Shown in pieces: positions 57,101-64,000 of a stretch of DNA of 64,000 nucleotides; position 1 is the first letter of the stretch; every line of letters starts with the position of its first letter. The position numbers and the translations under genes are program-made. The notes below the pieces were generated by a model. That model did not search any database and was not told the DNA's origin. It saw nothing but the letters and a program-made list of their open reading frames with translations. The stretch is from Octopus sinensis. Lineage: Eukaryota. The stretch covers positions 104,532,001 through 104,596,000 of the forward strand of contig NC_043003.1 of the NCBI RefSeq assembly GCF_006345805.1. The letters are read 5' to 3'.

Positions 57101-60100
57101 CTTCTTGATGGTCTATCACAGTGTCTGCTAAACTGTGCTGTGGCACACCAATGTGCCACAAAAATATTTTGGGGATTTTCGAGAAACAACAATCCAAGAA
57201 CATTCACAAAGTTTGAGCAAATTTATAAATCTTAAAATACCGTAAATATAAATCAATTACATTTCATGATGAACAGCAGTTTTGCTACAATACATTTCTG
57301 CCCTTAAATCGGGAATGTCTGTAAGCAAATTGTTTAGTAGTCCTAGTAGTTTTAATTTTTGATTTATTTATGATTTACATAAATTAGTTTATGTTAATTG
57401 TAATCGATTTTTAGTCTTAGATTTAAATATGGACAAATTTTTATTGAGACTTCAGAAAAATGAGAAAGAGAGTCATAGCAAACAAGACAAACACCAGAAT
57501 AAAAAGTCTGCCTCATCAAAACGAAAATATAATGAAAATTATGTCCAATATGGTTTTATATTATCAGAAAAAGACAACTCAGTTCCTTTTTCTATGATTT
57601 GTTTAACAACATTCTCAAATGAAGCAGTGGTTCCCAGTAAACCTCAATGTTATGTAATAATAACAAATCATCTGCCATACAAGGACAAACCAAAAGAACA
57701 CTTTAAGATGCTAAAAAATCATTTAAAAATTTAATCAAAAAGGCTGAAGAAATTTCACTCAATTCCTGAGAAAGCTCAAATCACTAGTTACAAAATTGCC
57801 AGGCTTTTGGCAAAAAAGAAAAGACCACCTTCTGATGCCGAAAACATTATTTTCCCAGCCTTGGAAATTGCTATTGGCACAATGATTAGTCAAACAAATT
57901 AAGATTTCTCATAAAATTCAAGGCATTGATGACCAGCTCCGTGAACATTTCACTGAAACAAAAAATGAACTCAAAACTTGTGAGCCTTACAAATCGACAA
58001 AAGTACAGACATCAGCAACAAAGCTCAACTAATTTCATTTCTGCAAATCATCAGAGGTGGTAAAATCATAAGTCACTCTCACTTTTGTTGTGAATTTAAG
58101 GAAAGAACAACAGGAGAAAATGTCTTTAACTTGGTAAACCAAAATGTCGTATTGAAAGGGATGCAGTGGCCAACTTATATTAGCATTTGCACTGATGGCG
58201 CTCCATCCAAGCAGGGTCAAAAAAATGGTTCCATGGCGCATGTATTACAAAAAAATTCACAAGTTAAAACTGTACACTGCATTCACCGCAAAGTTTTGGT
58301 GTCAAAATCTCTACCTGTGATGTCTCCTAAAGGTGATGAATTACATAAAATTGCATTCCCTACACTGCAGACTTTTGCATCTCTATGCGAAACTATGGAT
58401 TCTGATTTTAAGTGTTTACTGCTTCATACAGAAGTGTGATGGTTCTCGAAAAGAAAAGTACTCACTCGATTTATCTCTTTGTAAGCTGAAATATGTTTCT
58501 TCGATGCTGAAAATTCTGGATTTGAATTAGTAAACGATGGTAATTGGTAGCTGAAAGTAGCATTTCTCAATGATCTTTTTTGAGAAGTTTCAAATTTGAG
58601 TCTGCAAGGAATGAACGAAAATATTACAATTACAAGTGAATTAAAGTCTTTCACTGACAAGTTAGAATTGTGGATAAGGAAAGTTAGAAACTCGTAGCTT
58701 GATTGCTTCTCAGGCCTAGAGGCTTTTCTAAGCAAATTTGAAATTTTGCCAGAAGTGCAGAAGACAGTAGAAAACCTCTCTCTATCATTTTCTAAGTATT
58801 TTCCATTCACTTGATTATCGAATGTAGGAACGGACCATCAATCCTTTCGCAACATACGATAGTACACACCTGCCATCAACAGAAGAAAATTTAATAGTCT
58901 TGGAAAACAATCCTGTGCACAAAGCCCCATTTTCTGGGCTAAAATTGTCAGAATTTTGCTTTGGAGCCAATATCCTCAATTAGCTGCTGCAGCCACTAAA
59001 TCTCTGTTGTTGCCCTTTGGATCAACGTATCTTTTGCAAATCAGGCATCTCTGCACTTATGGAAATGAAGTCAAAAAAACAGGAAAGATTACAAATGGTA
59101 GATGAGAGTTATGTATTTATTTAAATTAAGCGCCACATCATCATCGTTTAAGGTCCACTTTCCATGCTAGCATGGGTTGGACAATTTTGACTGAGGGCTG
59201 GCGAACCAGATGGCCGCACCAGGCTCCGACAAAATTCTTTCTCAAAATCAATTGTATCCTTCTCGCTAAAACCATTATTATTGTATTATATTAGCTATAT
59301 ATTATATACTCTCTTTTAACTCTTTTACTTGTTTCAGTCATTTGACTGCGGCCATGCTGGAGCACCGCCTTTAGTCGAGCAACTCGACCCCGGGACTTAT
59401 TCTTTTTGTAAGCCCAGTACTTATTCTATCGGTCTCTTTTTGCCGAACTGCTAAGTGACGGGGACGTAAACACACCAGCATCGGTTGTCAGGCAATGCTA
59501 CGGGAGCAAACATACACACATACATATATATACATATATACGACAGGCTTCTTTCAGTTTCCGTCTACCAAATCCTCTCACAAGGCATTGGTCGGCCCGG
59601 GGCTATAGTAGAAGACACTTGCCCAAGATGCCACGCAGTGGGATTGAACCCGGAACCATGTGGTTGGTTAGCAAGCTACTTACCACACAGCCACTCCTGC
59701 GCTATGTTCATAAGACTATGTTATTTTATTGTTACTGTAATAAGAATATATTTATTTTTATTCATACTAATAAAGTATATTCAATTTTATTGAGATTTTT
59801 ATTTGGTGTGCCGCAAAATAAATCCTCCTCGCTCAGTGTGTCATGAGGTAAAAATGTTTGGCAGACACTGGTCTATCATAATTACAGAAGTAAATTAAGA
59901 CCTGCTCTGCTTGAGAAGGGGAAATAATCTCAAGATTCAAGACTTTTCCCAAGTTGACCTGCCTTTAAGGAAAAGACCTGCTTATCGTCTGGAGATGTGA
60001 GGATATAATTCTCTGGCTCAGTTGCCATCATCAACACAACAATTGTTTGACTTTACCTCTAGCAGCCAAGGAATTTAGATTTATACAGAAAAAGAATAGA

Positions 60101-60777
60101 ACACATTTATGGCCATGATAATTTGCATAATTTAAGCAAAAAAATAGCTGAGAGGTTACACGGTGGCCAAGTGGCCCGTATTTGAGCAACATAGACAAAT
60201 ACAGGTACATTAAATAGCATACAACATAAAATTTTGATTTAGCTGTGTCCATGACTGGTATCAGTGATAAATTATATTCCAGTCTAAGGGAGGAATCTAT
60301 CTTGTTTAACATAAGTAATCCCAAACAAAATGTCTGCTCTTAAAAGTAATTTATGAGATTTAGAAGCATTTCAGAAATCTTGCTGTACCAAGGACACAAA
60401 TTACAACTGTTTCAGTTGTTCATAGATTCTGCCACTTCTTTGGACAGTCTTTCATTTTTAATAATGATAATATGCATCAACCGCGATCGGACTCAGTCCG
60501 CTGCTTCCTGCCGAGGCGTTGTCGATGAACGCGCCGGTGGCGGCCGCTCATTCTGCGGGTGATCGTCTGCCGCCTCGTCGGCGTTCGATTTCCGGTTTGT
60601 ATTTAGTCCCTTGTGGATAGTAAAGAAATAGATAATATGCATCAACATATTGCTGTGAAAACAGTGTTTCTTGGTACGATTAATCAAAAGGTCTTTTTAT
60701 TTCCTGAAAATAGGTGAAATTCGAGTGGAGTCTAAGAATGATATGGTAACTGCAGCCGTAGCCACTGAAGGACCTTG
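39259..60777 (+). CDS. UQCRC2: Cytochrome b-c1 complex core subunit 2, mitochondrial (peptidase M16 fold); 5' part, about 275 codons in window
   Basis: Exons 39259-39300, 43782-43856, 45198-45347, 46091-46155, 51610-51666, 52582-52706, 55219-55316, 56702-56852 and 60714-60777 join in frame. Arg-rich presequence; VASLENYSP, KAGSRYE, HLLR (no HxxEH), PAFKPWE, LHYAAF...LGNSIY, GGEIR. Confidence 0.92.
40014..40240. repeat. Two imperfect direct repeats, period about 154 bp
   Basis: AACTTTCA(G)AAAATGGATATTT...CTACAAATAT...ATGTAGATTCCGAA occurs twice. Confidence 0.6.
41659..41855. mobile_element. possible piggyBac-like MITE (second family)
   Basis: TTAA|CCCATTTTG...CAAAAGAG|TTAA; degenerate TIRs. 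Confidence 0.45.
42019..42228 (+). mobile_element. SINE family B (left arm of inverted duplication)
   Basis: A/B-box region and family tail. Confidence 0.88.
42908..43315 (-). mobile_element. SINE family B dimer (right arm of inverted duplication)
   Basis: Two tails, at ~42910 and ~43094. Confidence 0.88.
43782..43856 (+). CDS. UQCRC2: UQCRC2 exon 2
   Basis: ccacag|GGA CGT...ACA AAG|gtaggt. Confidence 0.8.
45198..45347 (+). CDS. UQCRC2: UQCRC2 exon 3
   Basis: tttcag|GTT TCC...GGA ATG|gtaagt; 150 nt. Confidence 0.92.
45540..45885 (+). mobile_element. Second RTE-like LINE family, 3' end (another copy ~32040-32240, minus)
   Basis: RRVQFAGHCCR...LLLWKP...DREVW followed by an (ATG)n tail. Confidence 0.75.
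46091..46155 (+). CDS. UQCRC2: UQCRC2 exon 4
   Basis: ttgacag|GGA ACA...TAC AC|gtaagt; 65 nt. Confidence 0.9.
46230..47583 (-). mobile_element. Three non-autonomous Helitron-like elements in head-to-tail tandem (46230-46590, 46591-46948, 46949-47583)
   Basis: On the minus strand each ends CTAG just after a GC-rich subterminal motif (CCCG-AGCAACGC-CGGG hairpin in the third); each starts in TC/TA-rich sequence; no TIRs or TSDs. Confidence 0.75.
47590..48020 (-). mobile_element. mariner transposase N-terminal fragment
   Basis: TRNINAVYG...QWWFQK..NYSLEDEPHPERSVELDKDILKTLVEQN...ELAEKLGFGHSTI resembles a Mos1/Hsmar-type helix-turn-helix region. Confidence 0.85.
48470..49926 (-). repeat. Two direct copies (~48470-48711, ~49690-49926) plus a degenerate third (~49385-49500) of a Helitron-like end sequence
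   Basis: About 230-bp near-identical direct repeats ending GGCAGATAAAATCTGCC (hairpin) TTTTATAATAAGAGATA. Confidence 0.6.
50296..50460 (-). mobile_element. RTE 3'UTR fragment
   Basis: Family 3' tip. Confidence 0.8.
50887..50968 (+). tRNA. tRNA-Ser(GCT), probably a pseudogene or retrocopy
   Basis: 82 nt; A-box TGGCCGAGTGG; perfect ATGGA/TCCAT anticodon stem with GCT at 50920-50922; long variable arm GGGG-CCT-CCCC; B-box GTTCGAATC. Acceptor and T stems carry mismatches and wobbles. Confidence 0.85.
50988..51378 (+). mobile_element. RTE 3'UTR fragment directly downstream of tRNA-Ser
   Basis: CTTGCGAAGACC ... (GAT)5. Confidence 0.9.
51610..51666 (+). CDS. UQCRC2: UQCRC2 exon 5
   Basis: tttcag|C TGT ACA...GAA CT|gtaagt; 57 nt. 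Confidence 0.9.
51731..51949 (+). mobile_element. RTE 3'UTR fragment
   Basis: Family 3' tip. Confidence 0.85.
52582..52706 (+). CDS. UQCRC2: UQCRC2 exon 6
   Basis: attttag|T GAT AAT...CTT C|gtaagt; 125 nt, PAFKPWEI. Confidence 0.9.
52737..53054 (+). mobile_element. RTE 3'UTR fragment 30 nt after the UQCRC2 exon 6 donor
   Basis: CTTGCGAAGACC ... GATGAT. Confidence 0.88.
55219..55316 (+). CDS. UQCRC2: UQCRC2 exon 7
   Basis: ttgcag|AG GTG TTT...GAG CTT|gtaagt; 98 nt. Confidence 0.9.
56702..56852 (+). CDS. UQCRC2: UQCRC2 exon 8
   Basis: ttaccag|TTG CAT CAG...GGC G|gtaagt; LHQYVADHYTADRMAVVGIGVDH...AKYCG. Confidence 0.9.
57119..59870 (+). mobile_element. hAT/Buster DNA transposon fossil with intact ends
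   Basis: 15-bp TIRs CAGTGTCTGCTAAAC / GTTTGGCAGACACTG; perfect 8-bp TSD GTCTATCA (57111-57118, 59871-59878); disrupted transposase RKYNENYVQYGF, CTDGAPS, VHCIH, LLHTEV. Confidence 0.92.
59307..59703 (-). mobile_element. SINE family C nested in hAT
   Basis: Same structure as 9689-10085. Confidence 0.9.
60482..60630 (+). mobile_element. 149-bp retro-insertion: GC-rich unknown 5' part plus SINE-B tail, 16-bp TSD
   Basis: GATAATATGCATCAAC at 60466-60481 and 60631-60646; tail TTTAGTCCCTTGTGGATAGTAAAGAAATA. Confidence 0.88.
60714..60777 (+). CDS. UQCRC2: UQCRC2 exon 9
   Basis: aaatag|GT GAA ATT CGA...CCT TG|gtaagt. Confidence 0.88.
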
Positions 60778-61717
60778 GTAAGTTTACTAAACAATATTCT
60801 TATGTTCGGATTAGTTGCCTTTGATCCCTATTAGTAAGATTACTAATACTGTTATCACTAAAACTGCACTAAATTCTTCTTGATTGAATTACGTCAAGCA
60901 GTAGGAGTTCTAACATACCTACCTAAATTAATTCCACATATTTAACCTTTACTAGCATTGAAAAAAACAATTTTGAAACAAAACACACACACACACACCA
61001 CAAATATTTATTGCTAATCTAGGTGGCACCACCAGTGCATTTGTGTAATTTATATATGGCGTTTTAAAAAATGATTAAGTTGAAAGATGTGCAGCCAGTG
61101 TCCATGGGCTCTGTAATTCTTTCCAGACTGTTAACAAGTGTCTGTGGTGTTAACTGTAAATCACTATCAATGATTGTCTTGGCAGGGAAGGAATTAAAGG
61201 TGGAGTTGGGTAAGTTCTAATGAAGAATGATTGGTAAAACCTTTTAGTGGAAAATGTTGTTGGGTAAGACAGAGTAGTTGTAATGTAAAAGTGAGTGGGT
61301 GTTTGGTGTATGGAAGTGATAAAAGTGTGTTATGAGGGTGGATGGTGACTAGGTTTGGATGTGAGTAGTTGTTTGGACAATCAGTGTGTTAAAGAGATCC
61401 TTGGCTGAGTGACAGAAGATTAATGGGTGAAGTCAGCTCAGATGGCCGAATTATTCACCCTATGCATCAAGAATGTGGAAGGGGTGGGAACCAAGGGTAA
61501 TTGGGTGCATTGAAATAATTGAAGTTGGTGGCTTGAGAGAAGATATGTGTATTTTCTATTTAGTATAGGGGACATTTCGTTTATGAGGACCTACTCCTGT
61601 ATTTGTCTGAGTGATGGGTCCTTCAGGTGCTTCGATAAAATGCGTATGACAAGTCAGCCCAGTGTGCCTCCATCTTGGTAGAGTATGGAGGATTGGTTTT
61701 TGTCATCAGGTTTCTTC

Positions 61718-62768
61718 ATGTATCATCTACTTTCCATGCTAGCAGGGTTTGGACGATTTGACTGAGGACTGGCGAACCTGATGTCTGCACCAGGCTCCAA
61801 TCTGATCTGGTAGAGTTTCTACAGCTGGATTCCCTTCCTAACGCCAACCACTCTGAGAGTGTAGTGGGTGCTTTTATGTACCACTGGCACGAGGGCCAGT
61901 CTGGCGGTACTGGCAACGGCCATGCTCAAATGGTGTTTTTTATGTGCCACCTGCACAGGAACCAGGCCAGCGGCACTTGCAATGACCTCGCTCAAATGTT
62001 TTTTCCCGTGCCAGTAAGGCAATGCTGGTAACGATCACGCTCGAATGGTGCTTTTTATGTGCCACCGGCACAGAAGCCAGTTGCTCTGGCAACAATCACG
62101 CTTGTATGGTACTCTTAGTGCTTCACCAGCATGGATGTCAGTTATCGAATTTGATTTCGATTTCACTTGCCTCAACGGGTCTTTGCAAGCAGAGTTTAGT
62201 GTCCAATGAAAGAAAGGTACGCATAAGTGGGCTGGTTACACCCCTGGCATAGGCCACAAGGTTATGGTCTCACTTGGCTTGCTGGGTCTTCTCAAGCACA
62301 GCATATTTCCAGAGGTCCCGGTCACTAGTCATTGCCTCGGTGAGGCCTAATGTTCGAAGGTCATGCTTCACCACTTCATCCCAGGTCTTCCTGGGTCTAC
62401 CTCTTCCACAGGTTCCCTCAACCACTGGGGTGTGGAACTTTTTCACACAGCTATCCTCATCCATTCTCACCACATGACCATACCAGCACAGTCGTCTCTC
62501 TTGCACACCACATCTGATGCTTCTTAGGTCCAACATTTCTCTCAAGATACTTACACTCTGTCGAGTATGCACACTGACATTACATATCCATTGGATCATA
62601 CTGGATTCATTCTTTGTGAGCTTACGCATGTCCTCAGCAGTCTCGGCCCATGTTTCACTGCCATGTAGCATGGCTGTTCGTACACTTGCGTCATACATTC
62701 TACCTTTTACTCTGAACAAGTGGCCCTTTGTCACTAGCAGAGGTAAGAGCTCTCTGAACTTTGCCCAG
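61718..62768 (-). mobile_element. RTE-clade LINE 3' portion with a largely open ORF remnant and complete 3'UTR
   Basis: ORF 62270..62887: KFRELLPLL, AMLHGSETW, RRLCWYGHVVRMD, GRPRKTW. Confidence 0.92.
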
Positions 62769-64000
62769 ACAATGAAAATTTTGGAAGGGAAAATATAAGT
62801 AATGAGTGGAAATCGAACTGGTGTGTTAGATAATAAGGCATTAAAACAAGATGATTCTCCCCAGACGATATATATATATGCACACACACACTTGGTGAAT
62901 GAGTAATTAATATTTAGAAGGGCATCATCATCACCATTTTACATCCATTTCATCATACTTGCACCGGTTTGATGGCTTTTCCTTGCAACTGTCTCCACTT
63001 GTCATAATCATTCGGCATCTTTGTGAGATTCAATATCGGCAGATCATCTTTCACCACTCCTACCTTGTCCTTGACCCAAGTGTCTGCTACCATATGTCGT
63101 ACATGCTCGTACTTTCAAGTCTCTTCTCTTGTACACCATATCTGATTCTTTTTTAAACTCAGTTTTCTGCATTTTCTCTCGTTTGTGCCTTGTTGTTCAT
63201 GCACACTAATGTTACCGGAAGTTGTGTCTTCCCTTTATCTCCATCTTTTGCACAACTTTCAATGACTGTGTTTTGCCACAACATCCTACCTCATTATGTC
63301 ATATACTCTTCACTTTGAAAGAGAATCTGTTTCCAGTGGCAGCAACATAACATCTCCCTAAACTTCTCACTCTGTTCATTATGCTTTTGGCACACCCAAC
63401 TCAAAGAAGCTATCATCTACTTCTATGGAGACTTCCTAACAGCCCAAAGACCTTATTTCACCAGTGATCTCACTGTTTATTGCTCCTTGCATCTGCTACA
63501 TACTTAGTTTTCCTTCTCAATCAGCTTGCTTATAATTCCACTACGCCTTTGGAATTCCTACCTGCTCTTTTACTTCATATTGTAGCGTGTAGCCATTTTC
63601 AAATGGTAGTGCCAATTTGTGGTCGCTGGCAATATGACGTAATCTCGTATTGCCGAAGAAATATGATTGTCGTTTTTCCATTGGTTAATATAACTGCTCA
63701 TATAGAAATTCTAAGAATTAGTAAAGAATATTTGTATGGGATTTCGATTCTTTTAAGTCAAGTTGAGCAGTTAAAAAAACCCTGGATTTTAGGAAAAACT
63801 TTAGTGTTTGTTGGATGTAACTAAACTCCATGACACTCACTCCTTTGAGACATTGGTGATTTTTTTATGCCATGTCCATGAAAAATCCAACAAGACTTGT
63901 TTGAATTGTTGAGATTTATAATAGCTAGAATGAGGAATTAGATAGCTAAAATATCAAGTCGTAATTCTCTACGACAAAAATTACTTTTCTTCAAAATGTA

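Noticed and set aside
56652-57203. 183-aa minus-strand ORF
   Set aside because: Antisense shadow of UQCRC2 exon 8 running into the hAT end; no recognisable domain.
61100-61710. Possible Penelope-like fragment (similar purine/pyrimidine-skewed tracts at 13600-14330, 16100-16400 and 41200-41620)
   Set aside because: Too degenerate to assign from translation by eye.
62100-62270. HDV-like or hammerhead ribozyme in the RTE 3'UTR
   Set aside because: Only a P4-like stem is visible. No complete nested pseudoknot or CUGANGA/GAAA core could be fitted by eye, so it is kept only as a test under the breakpoint finding.
60778-64000. Further UQCRC2 exons
   Set aside because: No phase-2 acceptor with plausible M16 C-terminal coding sequence was found; the remaining exons probably lie beyond the window.

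Overview
AT-rich, repeat-dense animal genomic DNA. The repeat families look like an Octopus genome; this is recognition from memory, not a database result. Three spliced protein-coding genes can be reconstructed with consistent reading frames and GT-AG sites. (1) The last three exons of a divergent TRAF-family gene (+, 1644-5248). (2) A complete 11-exon BRAT1 homologue (-, 38567-11202, 919 aa, ending in DCY). (3) The first nine exons of UQCRC2 (+, 39259-60777, continuing beyond the window). BRAT1 and UQCRC2 are head-to-head, with start codons about 690 bp apart. Introns are filled with nested mobile DNA: about 20 3'-end copies of an RTE LINE, at least three tRNA-derived SINE families, two hAT/Buster fossils, two mariner fossils, Helitron-like tandem elements, several MITEs, and CR1 and Penelope-like fragments. 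There is no CRISPR array or prokaryotic system. The most unusual items are two apparent chimeric retro-insertions in UQCRC2 introns (tRNA-Ser fused to an RTE 3' end, and a GC-rich unknown sequence fused to a SINE tail with a 16-bp TSD), a roughly 1.5-kb inverted duplication that could form long dsRNA in UQCRC2 intron 1, and a variable hairpin-repeat module plus a shared 5' breakpoint in the RTE 3'UTR. Repeat boundaries were read by eye and may be off by a few bases.
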